DNA of 64,000 nt from Basidiobolus meristosporus CBS 931.73 (taxonomy: Eukaryota > Fungi > Basidiobolomycota): NCBI GenBank assembly GCA_002104905.1, contig MCFE01000353.1, positions 1-64,000 on the forward strand, given 5' to 3'. A program made the translations under genes and the position numbers. The notes beneath the pieces are model-generated. The model was not told where the DNA came from. It did not search any database and saw nothing but the letters and a program-made list of their open reading frames with translations. Shown piece by piece: positions 19,359 through 34,495 of this stretch (the stretch's first letter is position 1; each line of letters starts with the position of its first letter).

Positions 19359-22300
19359 CTACAGCACTGGCGCAGCACGAGCTCCCTTACGAATAGAGTT
19401 TGGATCACAGAACTTGTCTGGAACCATCAAGAAGTATCTTTCCATAGCTTCTCTGAATCGAACTTTGTATTGGCGCGGGGAGACGATCGTAGGCTCCTTG
19501 CCGCCTCCACCTAAAATCCCAGATTCCTTCACCCATGACTCCAATTTCTTGTCCCAGGTGAAAGTTCGAATGAAGTCTGGGTTGAAACGATTAGTATTCT
19601 GCTGTAGCCGAGCATTGCCATCATTCATTCTCCACACTTACCAACTATACCAATCACCAGCTGGTGTTTCTCCTCATCAATTCCTACCAAAAGCGAATAG
19701 TCCATGACATTCCGCTTAAATAAAAAGAGAGTATCGTTCCACACTGAGGTCCGTAACAGATTTTTGGAATGCTCGCGAATAAAGAGAGGTGATTGAAAGG
19801 TGACTAGTATAGAAGTTAGCCCATGAACTCAGCGGCAGTTGCTACGAAAAGGGGCTCTTACATTCCATCAAATTCTCGTCCAACAAAACCTCGTTTTCGT
19901 TTCCGGTGGATTGCACATGCCGGTTTCTAGTGGACCCTTTGAGATCGAATATCTAATCAAAACACTCCAGTAAGCAACCGCAACGGTAACATCCTCTGCT
20001 TATCCCTAGACGTCTCAACTTACCCTAGAGACCTTCCGCTGATAAAACAGGTTCTCCATGATTAGCACATCTATTTTCATGGATCGCCCGGTGGCCAGGT
20101 TCTTGTAGCCGATACGATAGAAGCCATAGACCTTAGCGAGAAGCGTAGGTAGCTATGTGGTGGGTTGTTTAGATCATCCGTGCTTGTTCTAGAAAAACTC
20201 GAGGCGAATTCTTACCTCGTGGAAGAAAGCCTTCGACAAGTATTCGAAATAGTAAGGCGCAAATTTAAGAAAGGCGTCCATCTCGGACCGTGACATTTGC
20301 TTCATGATCAAGCGGTCGTCTCTGGTTTTGAGAAAGGCGGATCCAGACTTTCCACCAGTGGCCGACCATTTTACACAACGAGCAAGTGACTCTAGATAGG
20401 ATTCCTCACAGCCACACTGTCTCCTGAGCGCATCAAACTGCTCGGCATAGAAAATCTTGCAGAACAGCGTGGTGGAGCCTTCAGAAAATTCTACAGTTTC
20501 AAGCGGGTTGATCAGACTCAAGGCAGTGAATATTTGGGGCCACTTTTATCGACTTACGATATTTGATATGGGTTCCAGTAGGCTTCAGCAAGGTATCTTC
20601 GATATCCGGGATGGTATTGTATTCGCCACCCAGATCGTTAGTGTCGTTTAGTTCGAACACTTCGTCACTTTCGGAATCCCCTTGGTCTACGTACGAGTCT
20701 CGTAGATTCTGGTTTCGTAGCATCGATTCCAGTTTCTCCTTGTAGTCCTTGGAGCTACACGATGGTAAAGAGGTTAACAAGATGCATGTACTGCGGACGC
20801 CGGAAAGCAACAATGGCTACCTTAAGGTAAACGCAATAATGGAGCTGGGCTCATCTTCCCTGACCATGATCAAAGAATCCGGGAATATGTGTTCCGTGGG
20901 GAGCCTGTATAGATAGATTAGGGGATCCACTAGCGCGAATGTTAAATACCCAGAGCAGATGCTACTTACAGAGGATATTCTAGTGGCTGGAAGTTCGCGG
21001 AGTTTCCTACTCCCCAGAAGTTTGTTATGGTTTTCATCAACGACAGTCTTTCTGCAGTGCCGGGAAGTTCGTTGTCGATTTGCAGATGGCCTGTAGGTAA
21101 AACCGAAAGGGAATTCTCTTGTGTGCCACTAGGTGTAGGGCTATGAGATCTATCCGAGCCATCGTCTAAAGGATAAGGGGACCGTGGGGGAGATGGTGGG
21201 GGGAAATCTCCTTCTTTTCCTAGGAAAGCCAAGGCACTATCATATATGAAGTCTTCTGGGGATGATCTGCCAGAGTGAGGGTAATAGTCTTCGTCACCCA
21301 AAGATGCGTCAAATGCGTCGGGGCGGGTCAAAGAAAACGGATGTGCACCTTCATTGATTCCGCTTTTCTTTCTGGTACTTGAGCCGATTTCGTACTCATC
21401 GTCAGAATCCTCGGTGACCGCATCTTTAGCGTTGGAGTACACCTCAATGACTGGTTTGCCGATCCGTTTGATACTTGAGCTTCGCGTAAGTGGTTCCACC
21501 TTGCTCAAAAATCTATCAACCATTCTTCGTTTGTCGAATCCAGTGGAGACAACACGGGTTTGCAAAGGCGGTGGTTTAGTGTTGGGCCTGTCTAGGTAGC
21601 CCTTCTTGTCCTTCAGTCCGTCCCCCTTAGTGCTTTTGGAGCGAGGTTTATCCATCCAGCTAGGGCTGTGGAATTTGGCAGCAGTAGATTTGGTCGGATT
21701 TAACAGGCGTGATGTGTGGTGAGGAGCGGACTTCGAAAGGTTCCCTGGATCAACGGGCTGTTTACCAGGCCCACTGACCTTGATGAACGAGATGTTGGAT
21801 TCACGGGAGCGTTGGGATATGCTGGTCCCGCTTTCGTATCGATCCAATCGAGGTCTCGAATTACTAGCCGTAAGTGATTGTGATCCTGTTGGTAGCAATT
21901 TTGGCCGCTGTAGCGTACGTTGCTGCGCCTTCAGCTCTCTCATCATCTCCAAAGAGAACCTGCGATAGACTGACCTGCTTAAAGAAGAAAAGAGCATGTT
22001 GTCTGTTTTCTGCGTATGGTTTTCAGGAGAGTCATCGTTGAAAATATCGCCACTTGCCTGGAATTCAGGCGAGGTAGGTGAGGTACCAAGAGCGGGTAGC
22101 TGCTTTGGTTTGAGGTACTCCTCTGGCTGGCCGGTGATCATATACGTGGTGCCGTCCAAGCCGAAATCCTTGCTCAAAGTACCACGAAGAGATTCCAGCC
22201 CGTTGATGGTGAACTCCTTCTCAGGGAATAGTTTTTTGAATTGAGTAGCAGCTAGTTTCCTATCAGTTGGAAAGTATTTGGTTGCTATTTCACTGAAATC

Positions 22301-25300
22301 CTCGTCCCACTCGAGCACCTTTTCCTGCAAAACACGCACGACCTCGTTCAAAGCCAGGGTGTCGGTTGGTGGGCTCTCGTCATAGGTTTGCTGGAGCAGG
22401 TGCAAGAAGTAAGTCTTTTCCGCAACCATCTTCTGGATCATATCTCCGACTTCTTGCTTGCATGCCTCCAGCTTGTTGGCCATGACATTTTCGTAAGTCA
22501 CTGTTTTCAATCGCTCAGCCACCGAATCCCAGTATTTGACGATATCGATTCGGAGTTTCTCGATATCATCGTTTTTCAAGGCAGCGGTGACGTCTGATTT
22601 GATCTTCAGACTGATAGATGGCACCTCGATCTCAAGGAGTTCGATAGGTTCATACTCAAACCTAACCACTAGGTCACTCAGCGCAAAGGCGCGAATATGA
22701 TCTCGATGGATATTGTGGGGGCATATTCCAGCGCGGCAACTTAAATCCTTGCGATAGAATGTCAACTCCATATATTTACCAAACGAGATATTCCAGGTTT
22801 CTTCCGACATGGGTACCACCGGCGTGTCCTTCTTGCAGATCTTGCAGTGGCTCCACATCAGGATCGTCTGGTCAATGCCGGGCATTCTTGATTCGGAATC
22901 TTCGATCCGAACTGTAACCCTGGCGTCTCCGTGAGCATAACTCCGGAAGTGAAGCTTAAGAGGCCTATCGCAATCCGATGACGGGCACACATAGTTCGAG
23001 TCAAAGCACAGTTCTTCCAGGTATTGTCCCAAAGTAACATCCGTCTTGCGATAGTACTCGATCGGATGTATCTCTGGCGCTTGACAGGGCGCGGTATTCT
23101 CCTTGCAGATGTTGAAATATAAGACCAAAATGGATTGATGTGCAAATGGGGATATGTCAAAGCTCTTGGACATCAAATAGTTTTCCCCGATATTGATGTT
23201 AGAGATGTATTCTTGCACAAACTCCGTGTAATCCGCATCCGACATATTTTGGATCTGCTCTTGCTCGTCTGCAGTGTACAGCCTGGCCAGATACGAAGAG
23301 GTAATCTCTTCTTTAGCCCTTATCTTCCTCAATGCAGTTAGCTTGAAAGCGTCATCTCGCATAGTTGAAAGAAGGTACGGAGGAGGGAACTTGACGAACG
23401 GTGAGGCGGATAGGATCTTGGTTTCAAACGGCTTCATGGCAGCGATGATTTGCTCCAAAGAAATATTCGAGCCAAGCTCGTCATCTATAACTTTGGAGTC
23501 ACCATCAATCTCGGTGATTATGACACTAGATTCTTCTTGCTCGCGGGCACTGGCTAATTTTTCGGTCTCTGGATTGACCACCGGATTCAAAGCAAACTGG
23601 TCTCTGAGCAAACAAGACTCAAGCTTCAGATTGAAAGCAACGAAAGCCATAAGATCGGTGAGCTGCTTGATCTTGCTAAGTATATCCATACTTCCTCCTC
23701 TCAGGACGATGCTGCAGCCGAGTTCTTTGGGACATTCTTCGAAAAACATGAACGTCTTCTTCTTCCCTGGAATCAGCTCATGGGCATACGTACGTAGGTT
23801 GAATGTACCGCATCTGCCTAAACGAGGCTCAAGAGATAATTTGTCAATAGAGGAGATGATATCAGCTCTGGTGAACCGAGCGATAGCTTGAACAACACTA
23901 GGCTTGACATTGAAGGCGACAGCGACGTTGGCTTTCATCAGGAACTCTAACGCCAGCCTGGATACGCTTTTCTCGACGATAATCAACGTGGGTCTTAGTG
24001 CGACTACTCTGGCCACCAGATTCTTTAAATGCTCCCGCTCTTGAGCCAGCACCGGCTCTAGGGACAGATACTGGTTGTCCACTCGGTGATATTCTAAAGA
24101 GAACGTCAGAATCATAATCCGAGGATTCTTCAGAATACGTGGCATTCTTTTGTGTGCTAGATTCTTGGTACACACAAAGCCATTGATGTATTCACAGTCA
24201 GAGGGGGAGCCTCCGGGGATTTTTTTGATCTTCACGTAATGCCTTATGTCGATATCGTCACCTGCCCGAACATTGGGACGAACGTTGTCGGAGAGTTTCA
24301 AGAAGAATTTCATAAGGACCTGCTCCCAACCATCACGAGTGTCCACCTCGAGCTCATTGAGCGTTTGCAGTAACAGCTTTCGCATATGCTGAAGTGAAGC
24401 AGCATTGATCTCCACATTGACTGGCGTGGAGTTGACTCTTTGGTGGTGTCTATACCCTTTGCTCCAGTGAGGATTGCCATTGTTGAATCCCATGAAATGG
24501 CGTGGCTTGACCTTAGAATGAAAGCTCGGGCTTCGCGACCTCCAAAGCGGTGAGTTGTTTGAATGGCCTGTTTTGTCACGCGCGAAACTGCTTCGACTGG
24601 ACATTTTCTCTTTGTTGCCGTAGACTGGGTAGGACATTGAGCTGATATCCAGGAACTCGTCCTCGCCATGCGACTCGTTGAAAGAGATCGGGGAGGACAC
24701 TGCACCAATCTCTGGGGAGAGTCGAACTGCCTGTGACGAATTGATTACTGTTGGCACGAAATTAGCCGGTATAGTGATCCACGAGTCGTACGGAGACTCA
24801 TCGTCATCTTCGCTCAAGAAAGGTGCGATTTCTGGGTCGATCAAAGGGTTGGGATCCATCATAGCGCTGTTCTTTGGGTACTCTGCCGTGTATTTGCGAA
24901 ATGGAGCTAAAAAGTTCATGTCGCCATTGGGATCTTCGGTGAGAGTGTTCGCTCTCGATCTGCCTGATAATATATTGGTGCCTACAGATAACATCCTTTT
25001 GAATCCCTCCACTGAGTTGGTATCGATGAGTGAGCTTAATGAATAGGTAGCTGTGGGCTCAGCATTACTAAGCGCTACCGTTGGAGTAATTGAGTTTGGC
25101 AAAGTGACATGAGTCGGAGGAGCCAAGAATGAGAGCTTTTTGCTTAACAATTTGGGTGAACTGGTATGCGATGGTGAAGGTATTTGTGCTTGTGTTTGTG
25201 TCTGCACTTGCGTTGGTGTTTGCGGCTGTGCTGGCACTATTGCTTGTGTTGGTGTTTGCGTTGGTGCTTGTGTTGAAGAACTTGATGTACTCTCTGATGT

Positions 25301-26175
25301 AACTGACGGAAGTACCAAAGCGGGAGGAGAAGGTGGTGCCACCAAGGGCTCGTCAATGGAGCTACCATCCAATGATTCTCGGTCTTGTGAATACTCATTA
25401 CTGATAAGAGACGAACAATAATTACAAACTCTCATCAAGCCAGGGTAGCCAAAGCGTTCGCCTGGGATGATTTTGGAAGAACATTTCGAACAGAATATTT
25501 GGCCTACAGATGGAAAACATTGCTCCCTTGATTAGCTTGATTGAAATGGCTGACCTAAAGGTAACAAAGTGAACAAAGGCTTAAGGAATTACCGCAGATT
25601 CGGCAATGATGTTTTCTTCGGAAGGTGGTGAACGGCGCTTTACATTCGTAGCATTCCTTACAGTGGTCGTCTTGCATCCAGTAATCTTTATTGATGCCTT
25701 CGCCACGTAAACGCCTAATTATATTGCTGAAAGAACTTTTATTTGTAACTTGGAGCTGTTTGTGTTTGGGATGGCCTGGAAGCTTCTCAAGCGGCTCCAG
25801 ATCGGACTTTGCATCTGATGATGGTAACATAGAAGCTCCAGTCATAGTAGAAGAGTTGTCACCCTGAATACTATCTCTCTCTTCCGACGATACCTTTCCT
25901 TGGCTCTCGGGCACTGTTAAGTTGGACATTATTGAGGCAGCTGAATGGATAGATGGTGCCGGATAATTAGCAGAACTAGCGTCTCCTGTGAGGCTCAGAT
26001 TTGCTACAGATGTATTATTTAAGGAACTTTTCACTCGACTGAATATCTTCGAGATAACACCAGAGTCTCCCCCTTCCGAGTCGTATCCAAGAGAATCGAA
26101 AGAAACAAACGAAATCGCATCGTTCAAGGGTGGCTGTAATTTATCATTATTCCGTCTTTCCTTGGAAAAAACCAT
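19359..26175 (-). CDS. FAB1: 1-phosphatidylinositol-3-phosphate 5-kinase Fab1/PIKfyve
   Basis: FYVE domain ([15 protein letters not shown]|QIFC), CCT-like domain, C-terminal PIP kinase (GGKSGS, DLKGS, MDYSLL, TWDKKLE); multi-exon. Confidence 0.97.
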
Positions 26176-26886
26176 GGAAGAGCTGAAATGGCGGGGAGAC
26201 TTTCAGATTAAAGTGATTTTGGTAAGCGTGTTGCTTGTGAAGTACGGAGAAGCGTATCAGGAAAGCAGATTAATAAGTTGAGGGCGCAAGACTGTTCAAT
26301 TCAAATCAGTTTCATAATACAATTCAACCTAATCCCTTAATACCAGACCATGCTGAGCACACGCCAAATTGGTTGGTCATTGGAACACCTATCATAATCC
26401 ACATTTGCAATTCCAATTGGGGTATCAAAATAAACAGGTAGGAGCAAATTGATTAATTTAAACATTTGTCCAGATTCCATGCACGGCCACCACTCCATAA
26501 AGGTTTGCCGATATTTGAGGCTCAAGCCAGGGAGATCTAATTGTGACTGCTTAGCACCAACATACTGGCAAGTAGGCCAACAAACCCAAACAGGACACCC
26601 AGCAGCGGTTTGACCTACCCCATCGCCTGTCTTTGCTACCCGCCACCTCAAGAGACGCCAATCACAGGACACGATCTTCATTTTATTTACTTGGCCATAA
26701 GCCTCAACGAAGAAGGCAACGGCGCACAAAATCATGTTAACAAATATTTAATCCTCTAACATCTCCTACAGGGAGGGGATTGAGGTGGCATTCAGGCTGG
26801 CTGATTCAACGACAAAATGCACTTGCTAACTAGCTAGACTTCAGCTCAAATGTTCTCGCAAGCCCATTGCTAAGCGGAGTGCTGCC

Positions 26887-27767
26887 TCAAGGGTATTCCT
26901 CCTCCTCCTCAAGCACGTATCCGTGAGGGGGGATGGTCAGAGTGACATCTTCAAAAACTATCGAAGTGGGACGTATGTCCTGAAAATCGATGGTTGCATT
27001 CTTAGCACTGATGTGTCGCTTGTTCCTGGCAAAGCAATCGGTAAGCTCGGGTGGCTATAATCCGGTGAAGGTATGGAAGATTACTTTTGAACTGTGGTGA
27101 GTAGTCGCCAGAACTGGGCTATGTTACGGATAACGAGGAAAACAGTATCAACAAGCTCCTCCTTTTCGTTGAAAGGCGAGCAGCCAAGGAACAGTAATAT
27201 CAGTGTAGCGAGACAAAACATCATCAGCACCACATCTAGTATATTGAAGAGCGACTTCCAGTATGTCTATTTCAGGGCCATGGTTAGCGCCTATCGATAT
27301 TCACCATTGGATCGCGGCCTCACCTTTCCCAACGCAACCATGCGAATTATCACCTCGAAAAGCATTGCTAGGTTGATGATAATCTCCAAAACAAAAAACT
27401 CAAGTCCTGGGCTAATTCTATGGTTACGAAACACTCAAACACGCGATGTGGATAGACTGCGCATACCATTCATACAAGAAGCTCTGGAATGGGCACATAC
27501 AAGCAACGTTTAGCAAAGCAGAACAATACAAAGATGTGAAGCTCTACATACCAGCACCACAGAAATCAAGCTGAGCACCGCGAGCAAGATATACAGAAAA
27601 GTATAGAATTTGGAGTATACGATCCTGTTTGCCAGGTTACGAAATAGATCTCGCCGGGTAATCGCCACCACGTAGGTATCTGTCTCGACTTCTTCGGGCG
27701 ACTTCTTGACCATGTTGCTGGTAATGCCGCTGCCAGGAGCCACACTCTGATAATTACTCTTGGTCAT
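26887..27767 (-). CDS. Four-TM ion-transport/voltage-sensor-like membrane protein
   Basis: Spliced: RNLANRIVYSKFY..LEIIINLAMLFEVIIRMVALGK|TYWKSLFNILDV..IRNIAQFWRLL..; stop at 26887-26889. Confidence 0.75.
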
Positions 27768-29708
27768 TCAAGTTGGAGCAGTGTAAAGATAAGGTGCAAG
27801 AGGGCTTATTGTCAATGGGCCTCATTATTTGTAAAAGCGAGATATGCTCCTCCATGTTTCACCCTTGAGTAGCTATTCCTAGGAGGCTGCAGATACGAGA
27901 CTCGCATGCAGGGCGAAGCTGAAGCTGCTTAAATTTCCGCACGAAATATGAGCTGCAATATTTCGTTTAGGCTCTCCGATCATCCGACAATTGACAATCA
28001 TTATTAATTACCAACCAGTTTGAACGTGACCCCCTCTCCAATATGCTTGCACGTATGATGTCCCTCCCTTGTCAGGGGCAATACCACATTGAAAGAACCT
28101 TCATGTACTACATTCATTGACTTGTGGCACATCTTACTTCCAGACCCTATTGTGGTGATCCCAACCTCCTGCAACGGAATAATTCCAGATCAAGCCTGAT
28201 ACCAACAAACGCGTTATCTGGAATTCTCTTGAAAGCCCAAACACTCGGGGAAATGCGAACAAGGGTGTTTCGCGGCCGCTATGCTGTTTTTGGGGTCTGG
28301 AACGACACCACGTTGTGTGGTGAAGGGTCTCCCTCTCGTGGAAATATACGGGGCTTCAGCAGGAACAGCGAAGCCGCTACTCCGAAAGTAAGCTTCCACG
28401 TACAAGGCAAGATTCTCGGCTCACATCCAAGAAACGAGCAAAGCTGTAGAGCTTCGGCCGGTTAATTTACAGCGATTTGGGAGTTTGTTGACCCTAGAAT
28501 AAAATCTCCTGGACCAAATCTACATCTGCATGATGTCCTCTACTAGCGCAAGTGCCCAACACCCGCATCAGTTGGCAACGCACGCACAGCATTTCAAACT
28601 TTGTCGTATCTGGATAGAACCAGGTTAGCCAACTTGACTTGGCATGCATCGTTGAGCAGTATGCTGGTAGGTGGTTGACCATTCAAAACCATGGTTACAA
28701 ACGGCATGATTAGCCTAAAAATCCAGATTAAAGCTCTATTGAAAACTGATTTGTAAACACCTAATGCACTAAACCAGCCTTAGTGATGATAATCATGATA
28801 GTACATATAGAGCAGGCTTTGCGAAGTTTCCAACATGACTGCATGAAGGAGCATCAGCAATGCTCCATAGAAAATCACTTGACATGAGCCTGCACATCAA
28901 CAAGTGAACTAGCGTGGACCATGAGATGGTCTAACATGATCAGCACAGTTGTTGCTACTGCATCTCCGTAATTCCCTGATTTGTCCAATTGATATTGTGG
29001 GTAATTTTGGTTGTGCTGTAAGGGAGTTTTGGTTGTTCAAGATTGGGCGTGTCCAGGAATCCAATCCTTTATGTAAACAGCACGGCCCCGTGATCGCAAT
29101 GTTACACCGCCACGGGCACCGATCATGAGAGTGGTTTGTGAACTGCTCAAGAAATTCATGCATTGGTGGACAGTCGATTGTTGATGTAACAGATCTCTTG
29201 CCAAACAAAAAGTCGTTAGATTCAGAATCTAATGCAGGCGGAGCTGCGGCACTAAACCTAGTTGTGCTTCAGGACCATGCTTCAGCCAACCCCCCCCCCA
29301 CGAACTGGAGTCCGTGTTAAACCAAACTTTATCGGAGTCAAAGCCGAAAGCAGAATCATGTTCTGGTCGTGAATGAAACTCCAGAGATCTCGGGAGCCCA
29401 ATTTGGCCAACTCTCCTAAACTCCCAGCTATTCAAGTCGAATGAAACCAATCGATATTTCAATTGTTTGTATTCTAAAGTAAAATATAGTTCACTCAATG
29501 AAAACAGAACTTCGAGAATCCAAAAATAGAGAAAAGGAAACAGTATGACAATATTACATCGAAATGAAGAAAGGCTGAAGGAGTGCGACCAAATTAAGGT
29601 AATGAAAGGGAGAGGTTCACTTTACTGTTGGCTTTTAAGAAGTGTAGGTGGGGTGGGGTGGGGTTAGGTAAATCGTATTGAGTGAGATAGATTGGGCGAT
29701 ACAACTGC

Positions 29709-31271
29709 TTACTCGAGTTGAACATGAGCCTGGCTTCTTGGAATAGGAACAAAGTTGTGGACATCAATGCCGCGAGCAAAGAGTTCGTGTTCAAGATGGT
29801 GCGGTACAAGCGCACGAATGAGATCGGGGCGAATCGACAACTCTAACAGACAATTAGAAAGGATTTAGAGACATGCTGTCAGATCTAATGAGGTTGAAAT
29901 CGTACCATTGGGAGTGAAGTTGAACAGCGGAGGGAACTCCTTGGAAATATCGGAGTTTTGACGCAACTCATCAAAGAATGGATGAGCCATAGCCTCCACC
30001 GCCGTAAGTCGCTTGCTAGGTGTATAGTCAAGTAGACGAGTAACCAAATCGATGGCATCTTCCGGAGCCCGAGAGCGAAAGATTTTTGAGAAGGGGTGTG
30101 GTTTGATTTGTGGGAACTTGTGGTCAACATAGTGAGGGTTCATACTGCGAATTTGCTCTCTAGATGGTGTTCCCAACACTTTGATAATTTCAACCAGCTG
30201 ATCAATGCTACTATCTCCTGGGAATAGAGGTTGCCCAGATATCAACTCGGCCATAACACATCCGGAAGACCATATATCTAGTAATAATCAGTAAAGCGAC
30301 TTTAGTATCGACATGCTACTCGAGCTAACTCAGTAATGGTGGGATGTACCTATACTTGTGGTGTAATTGGTGGCACTGAAGATAAGCTCAGGGGCACGGT
30401 AATAGCGCGAACAAATGTATGCAACATTGGGTTCTCCAGGTACAAGCGCTTTTGCACTGTTATATCACAATACAATTAGAGAACGATTACATTACTGCTA
30501 TAATGAATGCCCTACCTTCCAAAGTCACACAACTTTAAAACGCCAGTAGCACTGTCAACTAGGAGATTTTGAGGCTTTATATCCCGATGGCATACACCCA
30601 TCGAATGAATATAAGCCAATGAACGAAAGAGTTGATACATGTAGAGTTTCACGTGGAGAATGGGGACTTGCTGTCTTAGTTTGTTATACTGCTTCACGAC
30701 TTTGTAGATTGTTTCTGGAACAAACTCAAGGATCAAGTTCAAATAAACTTCCTCTTTCTGGTAGACAAAAATTGTGAGTATTCAGAACATGCCTAAACCA
30801 GGGTTGTTAAGCACGTACCCGTTCACCATTCGTGTGAAAGAAGGCTTTCAAGTCCACGATATTAGGGTGTGACAAGGTTCTCATAATTTGCAATTCTCGA
30901 TTCTAAATTTCAATAAGCTAAGTACAGGCTAGCTTATGAGATATAACTTTATGGGGCTACCTTATATCTTCTGTCTTGTAAAACTTTTTTTATGGCAATT
31001 TCCTCGCCGGTCTCGAGAAGTTGCGCTTGGTGAACGACTCCGAATGACCCATTTCCTACAACCTTGCAATTGGTATAGGAAATCTCCAAAGGCTCGCCGG
31101 TCTTTCCCTCGCTGACGGAAGCACGAATAACTTTGTCGGTTTCGCCTAGAATATGTGTCAATAGGAATACCTTCTTCACTCAAGGTGCGACCAAATTCTA
31201 TGGAGTAGGAACATACCAAGAAAACGGGAGCTGGTTGATGAAGCAACTTGAGTGGGACCCTGATTAGCCAT
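29709..31271 (-). CDS. GSK3: Glycogen synthase kinase 3
   Basis: [38 protein letters not shown]; fungal-type tail ELSIRPDL. Confidence 0.95.
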
Positions 31272-33126
31272 GTGGAACTCTAAAGAAACATATAAGAGGC
31301 AAAACAGGAGGAAACTTAATATGCAACGACATAGTTACTTTGTTAACAGAGATTGGTTCTTTTTAAGTTGAAGAAAGTAGTTTTGTTGAAAGTATACAAC
31401 GAGATGAGGGATTAGAATGGGGAGATTAGAATAGCGAGAACGCGTGTATGTAGTGTTGCGCTGACTAACAGGAGAATAATTAGAGGAAGTGATAGTTTAG
31501 GTAAAGTACAATAAGTCCTTCGCAAAATCCGTGTATGGTTGAGTTATGGAGATCCTTTATCAAGAGGGATTTAAGAAACAAAAGTGCCAATGTAAAGGTA
31601 ATAAACAAATTAATGTGTACTCTCAAATCAGATTAACACTGTAGGTTTTCCGGTTTAACCGAGTTGATGCCAATTTCTGGTTACTAGAGATCAGGCGTGT
31701 GGCATGAACATGATAATGTTTGGAGTGGGGACTCGCAAGCCGAAATACAAAACCTGATGATTAGCCGAAGATAAGGAGCCGATCCAGATGTTCTAAAAAG
31801 ATCAGTACAGTCATATGATTACTCATTTACATCAGAAACCCCAGTATGTGGACTTGTGAATATATATGAACTGATATATACAGAAAATTTATGAAGTTGG
31901 ATCGATGGACCAGCTCTTGGGGTAAGAAAGGGCTCTTTACCCAAGGAGCCCCAAATTCTACCATTTTAGTTGCTCATATTTGACAGAGGCATAAACAGCT
32001 TGGTCCTAAGACCTTCAGTCTGAAGGTAGCATTACAGTCATTGGTGAAATCCGGTCGATATCTTGAGCATTCGTGTCAAATGATTGATTCCCAGGCAAAA
32101 ACGGAAAATATACTAATGTATTAAATTATACTTATCAAGATTGATATGGACATTGAAGAGTTTATGGAAACGCGAGGCCCATAGCAATAACCTCAATGCT
32201 CAACTTTGTAAATTCTGGGCCGGTTACTCAATATGGCCAAGTCAGCTGCTTACACAAAGGTTCGTAATTAGAAGGCTACTCAAGCGCTGGAGTATGAGAT
32301 TAGATATGCTGTGAGGCGGTTTTTGGGGAGACATGCGTGAGATCGATATTTCCTATCCCCACTAGTGGCGATGTAGCTGACGGACACTGACTCAACGGGA
32401 TGGGATTTTCTAGCAAATCTGGACCATGCCGCGGCTCGGCAATCCATTGAGCTCTCGGTTGGATATTCGTCATAGATCCAACCATATATTGCCTTATTGT
32501 TCATGCCTCCCGCCCTCCTTGCCCTTCATTGTACTCTCCCTGTTTCCGAGAGCGCCTGTGTGATGGCGGCCATGAAAATATCTATATATACTCTGCACTG
32601 CCTGTACCATTCTGAACGATGAAGTCATATTTGTGTACAGGCAACTGAAGAACACACCAGCCCAAAACGGGTGCTTTTTCAAAATAAATGCTTAACATTG
32701 TGATTACCTTGGCACACCCTAGCCAGGTTAGCGTCAAAGTTGTTTAGAAGTGGTGAATGATTACCAACTATAATGCACATCGAATCGTGATCTGTGTGGG
32801 CTCTGGTGGCGAATTGATATTTATTGGGCTTGTTTTTTTGCCTGATTCAATTACACTATAATGAAATAATGTAGATCTGAAAAAAATTTCAGTAAAAAAA
32901 AAGCAAGGGCGTAACCGCAGAATCTACCCCTTAAGCTCGCATTTTTACTTTCAACTTCGGGTCACTCATTTCTTGCTGGCGCTTGTTTACGAAAGGTACC
33001 TTGGACTTTCTGTTCTTTTGCTCCATACATTCCCTTTCTTTGACTTATAGGTAATACAAGTATTTCTCCCCCAGTGGTTTTCTTAAGTTAACTTGCTCTT
33101 TTACCTGATATTACTTAGCATACAAA

Positions 33127-34495
33127 ATGTCATCCCAACAACAAGGAAACGAAACCGACCGCAATGTTGAAATCTGGAAGATCAAGAAATTGATTAAGAA
33201 TTTGGAAGCCGCCAGAGGGTTTGTTGCATTCCTTCCTCCTTCCCAACTGTTCCCTAGTTAAAATTTCCCCTTTTACCCGTAGAAATGGTACCTCTATGAT
33301 TTCCTTGATTCTCCCACCCAAGGATCAGATTTCACGTGCAGCTAAGATGCTTGCCGATGAGTATGGTACTGCTTCCAACATCAAGAGTAGAGTCAATCGT
33401 CTTTCAGTTTTAGCTGCCATTACTTCCACTCAACAGCGTCTTAAGCTATATACCAGAGTTCCTGAAAATGGCTTAGTCGTATACTGTGGTACTATTTTGA
33501 CTGATGAAGGCAAAGAAAAGAAGGTCAATATCGATTTTGAGCCCTTCAAGCCCATCAACACCTCTCTTTACTTATGCGACAACAAGTTCCATACTGAACC
33601 CCTTTCCGAATTGATGGAATCGGACTCCAAGTTTGGATTTATTGTCATGGACGGTAACGGTACTTTGTTCGGTACCTTGTCCGGTAATACTCGTGATATT
33701 GTTCACAAGCTTTCCGTTGATCTTCCCAAGAAGCACGGTAGAGGTGGTCAGTCCGCTCTTCGTTTTGCTCGTCTTCGTGAGGAAAAGCGTCACAACTACG
33801 TGAGAAAGGTCGCTGAATTAGCTGTGCAATTCTTCATCACCAACGATAAGGTCAACGTTGCTGGTTTGGTTCTTGCTGGTTCTGCCGATTTCAAGACCGA
33901 GTTGTCCCAATCCGAATTGTTTGATCAAAGACTGCAGGCCAAGATCATCAAGGTTGTTGATGTTTCTTATGGTGGTGAGAACGGTTTCAACCAAGCCATT
34001 GAGTTGTCCGGTGAGGTCTTGGCCAACGTCAAGTTCATCCAAGAGAAGAAGTTGATTCAGAAATACTTCGACGAAATCTCCCAAGATACTGGTAAATACT
34101 GCTTCGGTATTGACGATACCCTCAAGGGTCTTGAGCTTGGTGCCGTCGAAACCTTGATTGTGTGGGAAAGCTTGGCCACTACCCGCTATGTTCTTAAGAA
34201 CTCCGCTGGTCAAGAAGATATCAAGCACTTGTCTCCCGAGCAAGAGGCCGACAAGGCCAACTTCATGGATCCCGAAACCAAAACTGAGATGGAGGTGGTC
34301 GAGAAGCAGCCATTGCTTGAGTGGTTCGCCGAGAAGTACAAGGACTTCGGTGCTACTCTCGAATTCGTAACCAACCGCTCTCAAGAGGGTGCTCAGTTCG
34401 TCAAGGGCTTTGGTGGTGTTGGTGGCTTACTTAGATACAAGGTCGACTTCGCCACAATGGTTTACGATTCTGATGATGAATTCTTCTCCGACTAA
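33127..34495 (+). CDS. SUP45: Eukaryotic peptide chain release factor 1
   Basis: TASNIKS, YLCDNKF and GRGGQS motifs; one intron near the 5' end. Confidence 0.98.

Noticed and set aside
28900-29500. Gene formed by ORFs on either strand around a long C homopolymer (~29290-29299)
   Set aside because: Frames contain stops, no family is recognisable, and no consistent splice model was found.
33818-34384. Long antisense ORFs over eRF1 (and similarly over FAB1, TOM40, RPT3, RPL42)
   Set aside because: Shadow ORFs produced by codon bias of the sense genes.
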